A stretch of 64,000 nucleotides of DNA from Opitutales bacterium (GCA_965197745.1 CBDANS010000006.1:800001-864000); one strand, 5' to 3'. Positions 21,265 through 32,456 are shown, numbered from the stretch's first letter. The notes: generated by a model not told the origin, from the letters alone. Numbers and translations are program-made.

Positions 21265-21801
21265 ATTTTCAGGTATTCTTAAAAGATGCTTTTACAATAG
21301 CAATTTTAAAGTGCAAGCCTTTTCCTAAGATTTTATATGTAAAACATTTACCAATATTTAGGTCTCGATAATCAATTGTCTGATACCAATCCTAATTAAT
21401 CACTCATTTCATTGCATATACGCCAAACCCTGCTTGGCAAGGAGATATTTTGCGATAAAACGCGCCTGAATGGGAAATAACATACAGTATCATATCAGGT
21501 ATGCTGTTATATCCGATAATTAAGATTTAATATATGATTATTTTCACTTATACGATGATTGTTAATTGTCCTGAAATATCGTCAGTAAATCAGACTCTGA
21601 AGAATACCCATTGTTGCAATTGTATCCCAGGTGGAGATATTATTAAAAGTAAACGAGTTAACTGATATATTTTCTATATTCAAAAGCAGATATATAGGAT
21701 CGGGAAATGCAGTAACGGATAGTCAAATTGAATTCTCGCCCCCTCAATCCATCTATTCTAATCCTCAAAAGTGGTGACCCGCACGCGATAAATTACCAGC
21801 C

Positions 21802-23313
21802 ATGCTAAGAATCGGTAATTATTTACTTCTCGGTCTTATATGGGGTGACCTGTTTTTAACCTTAAGCCTCGAATGGTCATTAAATGAACAGTACCAATAT
21901 GGATATCTTGTTCCCCTGATCGGCGCCTATCTGATTTACCTGCGATGGCAGGATAAGCCGACAACAGAGTTTGCGCGGTTTAAAAACCTGACCACGTGTT
22001 TGCTTTTCATTGCAATAGCCTGTCTTTATCCGACGAAAGTCATTCTCGAATCGAATCCTGACTGGCGGCTAATGCATTGGACGCAATCGTTGATCGTCTA
22101 CACGACAACACTGGTTATCCTATATCATTGGGGCGGCCTACCGTGGTTAAAACATTTTTCATTACCGTTTGCTATTCTCCTGTTTTCCGTTCCCTGGCCG
22201 ACACAGTTTGAACAGCCGATAATTCAAGGGTTGATGAGCATGGTTGCGATAATAACCGTAGATACTTTTAACCTCGTCGGTATTCACGCCCTACAAAAAG
22301 GGAATATCATTATGCTGAGTAATGGCTTAGTCGGAGTTGAAGAAGCCTGTAGTGGTGTGCGTTCATTTCAATCTACGCTAATGCTTGGATACTTTCTCGG
22401 TGAATTGTTTCGTTTTAAAACCAACTGGCGCCTCTCCCTCCTGGGCATTGGCGCCGCCACTTCAGTATTGCTGAATATTGTTCGCACCCTGGCACTTACC
22501 TATGCCACTCACATTATCGGTCCACGATTCATGGAACATTGGCATGACCCGGTAGGTTACTTAGTTTCGCTCGCTGCATTCGGCATTCTCTTAGTTTTAG
22601 CTTATTTTGTTAATAATAGGAATAGACACGAAAAGAGATTGAAAAAGGACAAATACAACTATCCCTATATTAACTGGTGGGAAGGGAAATATATTGGAGC
22701 TGCGCTAACCCTTATTATCGGGAGTTTCGTCTTTGTCGAAGCCTGGTACCGTTTGCGGGAAGCAGAAAAACCAAGCCGAGTCATTGCGACTATCGATTGG
22801 AAACAGGCCGCACCGGATGTAAAATATGACAATATTCCCGGGAGAATACGTTCCATTTTGCGGTTTACAGAAGGGGGGAAAGCCCATTGGACGATCGGTC
22901 AAAGAGAAAATTGGATAACCTATTATTTCAGTTGGGATGAAGGGAGTATCTCCTCATTTTCGGACGTGCACCGCCCTGAAGTGTGTCTGCCGGCTGCGGG
23001 CTATACCGGTATAACCCGAACTGACGATTTCAAGTGGTCAAAGGAGGGATTAGAGTTAATTTTAAATACCTACATCTTACAGGATAACGGATTTCCGGTG
23101 TATGTTTTTTTCTCGGTATGGAATGATTATCCCGGTGAAACTATTCCCACCGCCCGCAGCAAGTGGGAACGAATCCAAAACGCCTTAAACGCAAAACGAA
23201 TCAGCGGGAGAAGGTCGCTGGAAATTATTATTACGGGGTTGGACTATGAGGAGGAAGCGCGGAGACGGGTTCTCGCTTATCTCGATAGAGCTGTCAGTGT
23301 AGTAGACCAATGA
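21802..23313 (+). CDS. Exosortase-family transpeptidase fused to EpsI-like periplasmic domain
   Basis: YQYGYLVP, VEEACSGVRS (Cys), NIVR (Arg), WHD (His); multiple TM segments; C-terminal HRPEVCLPAAG as in EpsI/DUF3485. Confidence 0.9.
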   Translation: MLRIGNYLLLGLIWGDLFLTLSLEWSLNEQYQYGYLVPLIGAYLIYLRWQDKPTTEFARFKNLTTCLLFIAIACLYPTKVILESNPDWRLMHWTQSLIVYTTTLVILYHWGGLPWLKHFSLPFAILLFSVPWPTQFEQPIIQGLMSMVAIITVDTFNLVGIHALQKGNIIMLSNGLVGVEEACSGVRSFQSTLMLGYFLGELFRFKTNWRLSLLGIGAATSVLLNIVRTLALTYATHIIGPRFMEHWHDPVGYLVSLAAFGILLVLAYFVNNRNRHEKRLKKDKYNYPYINWWEGKYIGAALTLIIGSFVFVEAWYRLREAEKPSRVIATIDWKQAAPDVKYDNIPGRIRSILRFTEGGKAHWTIGQRENWITYYFSWDEGSISSFSDVHRPEVCLPAAGYTGITRTDDFKWSKEGLELILNTYILQDNGFPVYVFFSVWNDYPGETIPTARSKWERIQNALNAKRISGRRSLEIIITGLDYEEEARRRVLAYLDRAVSVVDQ

Positions 23314-23343
23314 TACAAATGAAAATTTCGACAATGCTTTACC

Positions 23344-25680
23344 CTATTCCTTGCTAAGGTCGTAGTTGTTAAGGTAGACATCCATAGCATTCCAACTGTC
23401 AGCAAATAACTGTTGATCATAGTATATCTTAGCCTGCCAATAATAAACATACCCCGGAACAAATGATAATTGCTTGAGCTTATCGATTGTCCGAAGCGTT
23501 CGGTCCCAACTTTGTTGCGATATTTGCCGCTCTAATAAAGCGGCCCCCAAGACCAGATCATGTTGATTAGCGGTAAACTGCCGTTCTAATTGAACTATGG
23601 TGAGGTGTTCCCACAATTGTGGGATCTGAGGGATGGGCAAGTTATTTAAAACGATTTTACAGGCAGGTACATAATCACCCCTTGCCGCGTCAGTTTGAGC
23701 TTTTATCAACCATAATTCACGACCTAGCTCTGGATATTTCTCAAGGTGATCACTTACCATGTCCAATTCTTTTGTCGCTACCCACTTTTCAAACAAGGCC
23801 TGCTTTTGCTCTTTGGAATAGCGACTCAAATGAGGATAGGCATCCAGTTCCCGTCGAAATGTTTCAACATAATCGTCACCCCTTAATGAAATAAGCATAG
23901 TGTAGCGATATGCGGGGTCGATGGAAGATAATGTTCTAACTTTGGAATGCAATTGAGTAAATGGTTTGGAATAACGCAACATCAAGCGGTAAAGCAGCAT
24001 GGGGTATTCAGTCTTGCGGGCGAGTGCTTCGCGCCAGGCTGAGAGCGTATAACTTGAATTGAAAGGCATCCATGCCAGTCCTTCATAAAATGCTACATCG
24101 GCGGTAATCGGCTCCAAAAAACGCGCGCGTCGGAAATCCGACCTCGCCGCCTGGGCTTTTACACGAAAGTGGACATAGCCGCGAGCGCGGTTAAAATAGG
24201 TTCTCATATTCATTGGTGACCAGAACAGGGAATTGTTAACCGCTTCTTCAAACAAAGCATTGTCGCGCTGCGTCAATGCCCGTTCGATTTTTTCCTCATT
24301 GATTTTAATGGCAATTGAGGAGTGCCATGCCCGAGGAAGCAACCAGGCCATCCCCCATATGAGGCCTGTAATTAAAAAGAGGATCCCAATCAAACGCCAG
24401 ATATACAAGGGGATGAAGGGAGTGGTGAAACTTGAAGAGGGACGTCGCGCCAACGCATATAAAAATGACGCTGCATAAAAAGTTCCCATTCGATGCCCCG
24501 ACACATCAATAAAGGTATGTCCCAAAAAAATAAAAACAGCGGTAGCAGCTATCATTCGATAGCGTGCCTGCTTTATATCGTTGGCGGGAAGAACGTCGGC
24601 AATTAAAGCTCCGCACGCAAAGAGGATAAATACCACTCCTAATAAACCTAACTCAGCCCATACCCAGAACCAGTCGCTTTCAGGATGAAGAATCGCTTGA
24701 AATGTGGCTGATATTTCCCGGTACTGAGGAAATACCACTTTAAAGTTGGTGAGACCAACGCCCAGCAGTGATTGGTCACTGATCATACGAAAAGTATCCT
24801 GGTATATTAACCAGCGGTATCCTTTTTCATGGAACATGCCTTGATCAAATAAAAGAATGACACGTTCCAGAGTCCAACCCCCGTAAAACACAAAAAAACT
24901 ACCAAGGATGATGATTAAGGGTACGGCGAGACGGGCATAATGCATAATAGACCGCGTTTTTTGAGTGCTGAACAGCCAAAAAATGCAGCCGATGAAAAAC
25001 AAAAGAATTCCCGCTTTTGAATGACTATAGATGAACGCGAAAAGAGTAACGAAAGTAATAAATATTCCAAAGAGAATCTGGTAATAGCGGCGCGCTCTCA
25101 TTGCCGCCATCGACAATGAAAAGGATATTACACCTCCCATCGCGAGCAGAATGCTTGTCTGATTACGATTATTAAAGTAACTGAAATTGTGTGCTTCCCT
25201 ACCAAAAGGATAGTTCCAGGCCTTATGGGTTCCGATGATAATTCCAAGGGAGAGAAGGAATATACCTATAGCAAATCCCCAGAGGAGCGTCTTGCGTTGT
25301 GCATGGCCGAGTTCCATGCTGCTGAGAACATAAAGCCATGCCAGGGCGGATAACATTAGGATCAAAGCTTCTAATGAGTGTAACGGCTGTGAGGATAATG
25401 TTATCGGTAAGCTTAATTCGAAATTATACTTTGCTTCAATCCACCAGGTTGGACGTAAAAATTCAGGGATGGGAAGGAAACTTAAGAGTGCGGTAACAAT
25501 CAGACCTAAAACCGCAAAGTTTAAATATTTGCTCAGTCTGTGCTGTGGCGGAAAAAAAATAACGAGCAATCCCGTAACCCCTAAACCAAGGGCTTGTGAC
25601 CAAAGAGTAGTGCCTCCTCCCAGAAGGATAAAAATAAAAATAAAACAAAGACTTAAATAGAGGCCGAGAGATGATGCCAT
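23344..25680 (-). CDS. O-antigen ligase/Wzy_C family membrane protein with C-terminal TPR-like domain
   Basis: About 12 TM segments, FNNRNQT, SKAG, R..IYQDT..MI...LGVGL..F, HPESDW, H..ID motifs; helical C-terminal ~300 aa. Confidence 0.85.
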   Translation of the reverse strand: MASSLGLYLSLCFIFIFILLGGGTTLWSQALGLGVTGLLVIFFPPQHRLSKYLNFAVLGLIVTALLSFLPIPEFLRPTWWIEAKYNFELSLPITLSSQPLHSLEALILMLSALAWLYVLSSMELGHAQRKTLLWGFAIGIFLLSLGIIIGTHKAWNYPFGREAHNFSYFNNRNQTSILLAMGGVISFSLSMAAMRARRYYQILFGIFITFVTLFAFIYSHSKAGILLFFIGCIFWLFSTQKTRSIMHYARLAVPLIIILGSFFVFYGGWTLERVILLFDQGMFHEKGYRWLIYQDTFRMISDQSLLGVGLTNFKVVFPQYREISATFQAILHPESDWFWVWAELGLLGVVFILFACGALIADVLPANDIKQARYRMIAATAVFIFLGHTFIDVSGHRMGTFYAASFLYALARRPSSSFTTPFIPLYIWRLIGILFLITGLIWGMAWLLPRAWHSSIAIKINEEKIERALTQRDNALFEEAVNNSLFWSPMNMRTYFNRARGYVHFRVKAQAARSDFRRARFLEPITADVAFYEGLAWMPFNSSYTLSAWREALARKTEYPMLLYRLMLRYSKPFTQLHSKVRTLSSIDPAYRYTMLISLRGDDYVETFRRELDAYPHLSRYSKEQKQALFEKWVATKELDMVSDHLEKYPELGRELWLIKAQTDAARGDYVPACKIVLNNLPIPQIPQLWEHLTIVQLERQFTANQHDLVLGAALLERQISQQSWDRTLRTIDKLKQLSFVPGYVYYWQAKIYYDQQLFADSWNAMDVYLNNYDLSKE

Positions 25681-25780
25681 GCTATCTTCTTAAACTCTGT
25701 TCCTGGAGAATCTAATCCTGTCTCACAAGACTTGCTTGTGACCATTCCCCCATCTAAAGAAAGCGGTGTAAGAGGAGGTG

Positions 25781-27840
25781 TTAATTTTTTGTAGGCTCAG
25801 AAGAATAATAATAGGAATACTTTTTATAGTAATAGTAGTCCGGGTTTTGGGTATCGACGAAATTCAATATAAATCCCAAAATTTTACCGCCCCTTATCTG
25901 AAGACGTTCTAAGGATGTTTTTACCTGTCGAACCTGGGTTTTAGTTGAACGCACCGCAAATATCACGCCGTCTACTTTTGCCGCGAAGCTTGAAGTGTCA
26001 TCAGTGGCGAGGATCGGCGCTGTATCAAAAATAACATAATCATACCGCTTTTTAAGCTGCGCAAGAATCTTATCCATACGACTGCTCAAAAGCAGTTCTC
26101 CAGGACGATCCGGGTATTCACCACAAGGCATGAAATCGAGATTTTCGATATCCGTTTTTTGTATCACCTCATCTATTTTTAAACCAGTGTTCACCAATTC
26201 AGCCGGACCCTTAGTATTGCCATTGCTGAACTCTTTATATAACTGTCCACGTCTTAAATCGAGATCGACAAGAATGGTCCGGGAAGAAGCCAGCGCTAAA
26301 GTAATAGCCAGATTGCTCGATAACATCGATTTGCCCTCTGAAGGAACCGAACTGGTGAGGACAATACTTTGCGGTTTTGATCCCTGATCTTCCATAAACA
26401 GAAGCGAGGAACGCAAGGCGCGACAGGCCTCAGCAAAGAGGTGACGATCATCTTTTGGTTTAAGGTGAGACAATCGTTCATCTCCCGTTACTTTTTCGAA
26501 GGGAATTATACCCAGGATAGGAGGTTCGAAGCGTTGGCTTATATCTTCTGCCGAGACGAGACGATTGTCGATGACCCCGATGAGAAAGATCAGGCCAGCG
26601 CCAATCATAAGCCCGGCAAGCCCACCCTGGGCTACTTTTTTAGTCATAGAGCCCCTGACAAAGCGGGCAGCTGTTGCATTTTCCAGAATAGCAAGGGTTT
26701 CCTGATCGACACTAAGGTTGAGGTCGATGGATTGAATCGAGCCAAGCAATCTCTGGTAAAGCGTCTTGGAACGCTCCAGTCGCGAATTCAGGCGCTGGAA
26801 TTCCGCCATTCTGCGGCTATTGTCGAGAGCGGTATGTTCCCACTCTTCAATGACTTTTTCCAGGTTTTCAATTTTAGTGCGTAAAATATTCTTTTGCTCT
26901 TCGATTTTTTCAATCCCCTGTCGGCGATATATTTTCAACAGATTTTCGGTGCGCTCAATTTCCTGATTCAATCCAATGATTTTTGGATGGCGGGTTTTCA
27001 TATAAATTGAATATTCATCTCTCTCCGCTTTGAGTTGTTCCACTTGATTCTTTACCTGAACGTAGTTTCGACTCATATCAAGCGCACTCAGTCTAATTAA
27101 TTCATCGGTCTCTTCACCCTTGGCACTCTCCAGTAAGTGTTGCTCCAGACTCAAAGATTCTAAAAGCCGGGATTGAGTTTTTAAGTCTGCCATCTGGTTC
27201 TTAAGTTTGGCCAGGTATGAGCCCGCGGTTGATACCTGTTCCTGTGTGAAAACAATATTGTTATCCTTCTGAAAATCCACGATAGCGTTTTCACCCTGCT
27301 CAATTTCTTCTTCCAAGCGCAGGAGCTCCTCCGTAATTGCCAATAGGGTGCTTTCAGATGTTTGGGAACGCATTTCTTTTCGGAAATTAATGTACTCCTG
27401 CAGGCAGGCATCAAGAAATGTCTGAGTATACTCTGGTTCTCCCCCCTCAGCGCTTAACATAAAGATCGCCGTCTCAGGTATTCGTGTGGGGTGAAGAGAA
27501 ACCGCTACGGGTCTTAATTGAGGCTTCAAAGCTTTGATGCGATCCCGCTGCCCGCTGCTGCACCTGTGGGCTTTGCATAAGCTGGATCTGAGTACCGAAA
27601 AAATGGCTTAATTCTTCACTGTAAACACCGCCATCAGGCAGTGCTATGCGCCCACTGACGATTAACCTGGCGTAAGAGATATAGCGCGGCTCCCGTTTTA
27701 ATTCATTAAACGCCTGATAGCCGATACCGACGCTGACTGTCAGTATAAGAATCCACCAGTATTTCTTAAAAAGAAATCTGCCTCGAAAAACCTAGGCGTA
27801 AATTGTTTCCGCCCACTCTAACTGTTTTGGGGATTCGTCC
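25781..27840 (-). pseudogene. wzc: Wzc-type polysaccharide co-polymerase/tyrosine autokinase, N-terminus disrupted
   Basis: SSVPSEGKS, VDLDLRR, VIFDTAP and Tyr cluster DYYYYKKYSYYY are intact. The N-terminal TM (KYWWILILTV..FFGTQIQLMQS) is in another frame (+1 base at CCC 27544-27546) and has an in-frame TAG at 27792-27794. Confidence 0.85.
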
Positions 27841-27856
27841 CCAAGGGAGTCTTGTT

Positions 27857-28800
27857 TTAAAAAAGGATCCATTTTTCCTTCACGCGAATAATATCGTCCG
27901 GTTTAACTAAAGGGTCAAAATCCCGAATTCCTTTCTCCAGGATATCAGCAACATTAACTTCAATATTCTTTTCTTCATCGGTGAGAGATTTTTTAGCGCG
28001 TATTAATTTTACCTTTCGCTTTTCTGCATATTGAGTAAACCCGCCCGCCCGCAAGATGGCTTTACTCACCGTAAAATCACGTCCGGGTGGAAGGTCGTAG
28101 AGGCCTAGGGAGTTAACAGCACCGACTATGGAAAATTGTCCGCCGGCCTGTTCCAAACGTGGAATGAGAATGAGATCATTGGGTTCCACGGTCATATCAT
28201 TTTCAAAACGTCCGGTTTCAAATATTTTTCCAACATCGACTTCTCTTCGTATTTCGGCATTGCTGTCTCCTGGATCTTTACGAATAATGGTTACTTTCGA
28301 CTTGTCGGCAGCGACTAAAAAACCTCCGGCCCGCAATATAGCGTCACTGACCATTAATACCTCATCAACGGGAATTAATTGAGGACCGGGTCTCCCGACT
28401 TCACCAAGAAGAATAAATCGCCCCCGACTGTTTGTTTCTGTCTGTTGTTTTAGAATTACTGTGGATTGGTAGTAATAATCGACTTCGAGTTTACTCTTGA
28501 TTTCGTAGGCGATATTTTGACTGGTATTTCCGGCTGCGTGAATTAACCCGAGCAGCGGCACATCAATTTCACCGCGGTCATTGACAAAGAGAATATGGGC
28601 TGGTTCCCGATCCTCAACAACCATGTAGCTTAGCCGGTCACCTACATCCAGTGCACGCTTATTATCGAGCAAAGACATCTGATCTAGAGGGGGGGCTCCT
28701 CAGCCCAGCCAATATGTCCGCTTATCCCAAAAGAATAAAGAATCGTTAAGATAAGGAGATAGCCATGAATACCTGTAAAAAGTATATTCTTAAAAATCAT
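27857..28800 (-). pseudogene. wza: Wza-like polysaccharide export protein (Poly_export + two SLBB domains); signal peptide out of frame
   Basis: GDRLSYMVVED, VNDRGEIDVPLLG, GEVGRPG, AILRAGGF twice. ATG 28800 gives MIFKNILF..GWA|EEP, which joins only if the G7 run (28689-28695) gains one base. Confidence 0.8.
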
Positions 28801-30064
28801 AGCTTAATCCCGTAATGAACCGATTCTGATCATATATGCGTTCTGCGACATTTGAATTCTTACTTACTATATAATAATTGAACTGCCAATTCAGTTTAGG
28901 AGAAATTTTGTAAACCAATTTAGTTTCAAAGATAAAGCGGTTAGAAGATTCAGGCAGCACTCCACCGGAATCTTCAGATTTTTCATATGTAAATGATCCT
29001 GTTACTCTCATATTTCGAATCGCATCCAAAGCAAAGGCATAACCAATGCTTTCAACTGTCGTACTATTAGCAATAAAACCCAGATAGGTCCTTCGCTCAA
29101 TATTTAATGAATGAGAATAGTTTCTATTAAAAGCGTGGCTTAACCTAAGCCTCAAATTTATAGTATCGGTGTCAGCGACATCACTGTTGTCACCAGAATT
29201 ATCGAAGTCTATAATGGTCCAATTTGTATGTAAGGCAAGTCTTATGAAGCGGGAAATCTCCCAATTAAGATAAGGCCCTATCGTATATCCTTTGTTACTG
29301 TTCTGATAGTCTTCCTGGTATTCCGTAGTGTAAAATGAGCCCTCTAGACCCAATGTCATATTAGTGGCAAACATGAAACTACCACTCATCCGAAATGAGT
29401 TTTGCGTACGATCGGTAAAATCAAACTCTGCATCCAAAGGTGCGATATCACTTCGTTCATACCCCATGTTAAATATAAACTGGTTGAGATCCAGTTCAGC
29501 ACCAATGCCTATTCTATTATCAAACCGATTATAGCTCAAAATATCGAAGGATACTTCCTGTGTTTCAGGGTCCACTAATATAGAATCAGTGGGATCAGTG
29601 GAAAAACTCAATTTATCGTAAATTCGAAATTCTATTCCTTTTATCAGTATCTTGAAAGCGATCTCCGTGTCCGGGGTTAATAATAGAAAGTTATTACCTG
29701 AATTCAACTCAGGGTGATCAAAATATTTAAGATAATTAGCCCCTAAATTAAATGATATACTATTAATGGGAGATATATCCCAATTGCCCGATAAATCGAT
29801 TCCCGCAATGAAGATAAAATCTGTTAAGTCATTCGTTCCCGATGCACTGATATTGTCGTTATATTCCAGAGACATCCTCGCTGTCAGGTCCATCGTGATG
29901 GACCCCGCCTTTACGTTTTTACCCTGAGCTCTCGCCATCCCCGTTATAATAACGTTAGGAATCAGCAGACAAATAACGATGACACCGATTCTTTGCCAGG
30001 GGACTATTCCCTTTCTTACCCGGAAAATTAACCAGGTTTTAAATAGTGGGGATAGATGATGCAT
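28790..30064 (-). CDS. Outer-membrane beta-barrel protein, EPS-export associated
   Basis: Signal peptide (ARA|Q), EYNDNI, alternating beta-strand pattern, C-terminal YDQNRFITGLSYDF; lies directly upstream of wza-wzc. Confidence 0.85.
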   Translation of the reverse strand: MHHLSPLFKTWLIFRVRKGIVPWQRIGVIVICLLIPNVIITGMARAQGKNVKAGSITMDLTARMSLEYNDNISASGTNDLTDFIFIAGIDLSGNWDISPINSISFNLGANYLKYFDHPELNSGNNFLLLTPDTEIAFKILIKGIEFRIYDKLSFSTDPTDSILVDPETQEVSFDILSYNRFDNRIGIGAELDLNQFIFNMGYERSDIAPLDAEFDFTDRTQNSFRMSGSFMFATNMTLGLEGSFYTTEYQEDYQNSNKGYTIGPYLNWEISRFIRLALHTNWTIIDFDNSGDNSDVADTDTINLRLRLSHAFNRNYSHSLNIERRTYLGFIANSTTVESIGYAFALDAIRNMRVTGSFTYEKSEDSGGVLPESSNRFIFETKLVYKISPKLNWQFNYYIVSKNSNVAERIYDQNRFITGLSYDF

Positions 30065-30320
30065 TTACGCGTGAAGGTGAACGTAAACATGGGATGAATT
30101 TATTGCTGTAAATAATATATTAAAAAGATTTAAAACGCCTCTTTAATATTGCAATATCATAAACAACGCATTATAAAATTGAATGCACTATGAAAGCTCC
30201 CTAACGACAAGACAGCATTTAGTGCTATATAAATTTATTATATATAATATACATTAGAGCTATATAATAAAGTATTAAGTTAGACTCTAATTATTGCCGC
30301 TTTTATAACATTCGCTGAAG

Positions 30321-32456
30321 GTGAAACACAGTAGTATTAATCATTCAATTCCAGCATATGCGAGTATTGGGATTCGATACATTTTAACCAGCTTCATTTT
30401 CATAATTGGGGGTATCTCGTCGGCTGCAGGTAAAGAGGAAATTAACCTGGTCGAACTAAAACCGGCTACAAAATCCGAGTTGACACGTTCCCAAAAAAAC
30501 CTCGCGCGATGGCACATGGACACCACTCTTCTCGTCAGCGATGAAAACAGGATACTTAAGACCATTTCCCTGGATAATCAGAAAGACTATGAGGAATCCG
30601 CCCTTCTCGGCGACGACGAATCCGTAACCTATAGAATAAAAGCAGGTGAGACAACCTTCACTTTGGATCTGGGAGACTTTTATAATATAAACCGCTTTCA
30701 CTTTGAAAGTCTATCCGCTCAGGGAAGGATAGAAATTCAAGTCTCAAATACGCTCCGCGATAAAGATAGTAATCGCTGGATAACAGTTGCCGAACCTATG
30801 GAATTCATACCCGGGAACCCGGTTAACATCGTCTTTCCTATGATTGAAGGTCGATTTGTAAATATTATTTTTTCCATTCAGGAAGAAGGTGAAATCAGCA
30901 GCTTTAATATATTCGGAGACACTACAGTTGCAGAAATAGAAACGCGAGAATATGAAGAGGTTATCCCCTTAGCGTTGGATCCTGCGTCAGGTAAAACAGT
31001 CACCCACGACTATGCTTCACTTCACACGGGGTCGAACATTTCGCATGTCAGCTCAGGTGATCTCGTAAACGCCAACAGTATGATTGATGACGATATTCGG
31101 TCCTATTATGATTTTGCCCAAAACGCCGGAGAATCTGTTCTTGTCCTTGATCTCGAGAATCAATCGGATATAGACCGAATCTCCCTTCTCCTCGACTCTG
31201 GTCAGGGGAAAATGGACTTTTATTTTCTCGATAAACTCCCTGAGACAAATGCCAGTAAAGCGGGAGGTGAAATTCCCGAGGGGTCTCCTGATGATACAGG
31301 TGCTGCCAAACGGAAAATAGCTACAATAATTCTCACTCAAATAACCGGTGATGTCACTTATCGTGTGAATGCAAAGGAACCGGCACAGATCGGACAAAAC
31401 GGGGTAAGAATGAGAGAGGGAGCAGTCGTAGAAACAGGCATTGATTCCACCGCTGTCCTCTTGTTTTCCAACGGATCTACTTTAACCCTATCGGAAAAAA
31501 CAAAAATTGATGTTGATCAATTCACCCAAGAGCCTTTCACAACGGATGTCGAAAGTTTTATCGATGCCGACGAAGAACCCAGCATAAGCATAACAATGCT
31601 TAAACTCAATTATGGGGAAATAGTAGGGGACGTAAAAAAATTAAAAGCAAAATCCATTTATGAAATTGAAACGCCGGTAGGAATAGGTGGCATACGGGGA
31701 ACCAGCTTTATCATCCAGGTGATTGAAGCCATTGATGGCACATTCACCGCCTTATTTGGTGTGAATCAAGGTTTGCTGGAAGTCATTCCATTGGGGCAGG
31801 GTGGAATCAATATTTCCACGAAAAATCAAATAATCATAAACATCGCAGATGACCCCAAGACCGGTGAAAAGTCCGTCATTACAACCGGCACACAAGGCCT
31901 TGATCCCGAGCTTGTCTCTCAAATTGAGCAGACGATAACTGAAGCGATAGATGTATTTAAAGAAAGCGCGGGAGCAATAATACTGATTGAAGGAACTGAC
32001 CTTACTGCAGGCGAAAGAGGTCCAGCGGAAAACGGTGACTTTGCCGTAGTTTCACTCTCAGAAGATTTTTTTAATGAGACCGAACCCATTTCAACTCAAA
32101 AGATTGAGGGAAGAAATGAACGCGTTCGGTTTCAGTTTGAAGAGATTAGTGGTCGCTATTTGGTTTTACGCTGGCAACCCGATGAGGGTAACATACAGGG
32201 CCTAAGAATTTATGAAATCAGTATGCTCGGTGAAGTGCCGACAAATGAAGTTCTCTTAACCAGAGTACCCATTTTTGAATTCAGCCCCTCTGAAGGTGTA
32301 ATCGATGTGGATACCGGCACGTCTGAAACTGAAGTCATACCCGAAACACCTACTGAAATTATCGTCCCTCCGCCACCCGATCCCGACCCTGATCCAGACC
32401 CCGATCCAGGTGGTCCACCTGAACCCCCACCGGATCCACCGCCCGTAAGCAATTGA
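30321..32456 (+). CDS. Secreted protein: discoidin-like domains, FecR-like domain, Pro/Asp-rich tail
   Basis: Signal peptide; FTLDLG..GRFV (discoidin-like); VETGIDSTAVLLFSNGS..IETPVGIGGIRGTSF (FecR); tail PPPPDPDPDPDPDPGGPPEPPPDPPPVSN. Confidence 0.75.
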   Translation: MKHSSINHSIPAYASIGIRYILTSFIFIIGGISSAAGKEEINLVELKPATKSELTRSQKNLARWHMDTTLLVSDENRILKTISLDNQKDYEESALLGDDESVTYRIKAGETTFTLDLGDFYNINRFHFESLSAQGRIEIQVSNTLRDKDSNRWITVAEPMEFIPGNPVNIVFPMIEGRFVNIIFSIQEEGEISSFNIFGDTTVAEIETREYEEVIPLALDPASGKTVTHDYASLHTGSNISHVSSGDLVNANSMIDDDIRSYYDFAQNAGESVLVLDLENQSDIDRISLLLDSGQGKMDFYFLDKLPETNASKAGGEIPEGSPDDTGAAKRKIATIILTQITGDVTYRVNAKEPAQIGQNGVRMREGAVVETGIDSTAVLLFSNGSTLTLSEKTKIDVDQFTQEPFTTDVESFIDADEEPSISITMLKLNYGEIVGDVKKLKAKSIYEIETPVGIGGIRGTSFIIQVIEAIDGTFTALFGVNQGLLEVIPLGQGGINISTKNQIIINIADDPKTGEKSVITTGTQGLDPELVSQIEQTITEAIDVFKESAGAIILIEGTDLTAGERGPAENGDFAVVSLSEDFFNETEPISTQKIEGRNERVRFQFEEISGRYLVLRWQPDEGNIQGLRIYEISMLGEVPTNEVLLTRVPIFEFSPSEGVIDVDTGTSETEVIPETPTEIIVPPPPDPDPDPDPDPGGPPEPPPDPPPVSN

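Noticed and set aside
21434..21455. Sigma-54 promoter (TTGGCA..TTGC) before the exosortase
   Set aside because: GG-to-GC spacing is 14 nt rather than the required 10.
32330..32456. PEP-CTERM substrate (contains PPEPP)
   Set aside because: No hydrophobic TM helix or basic tail follows the motif.
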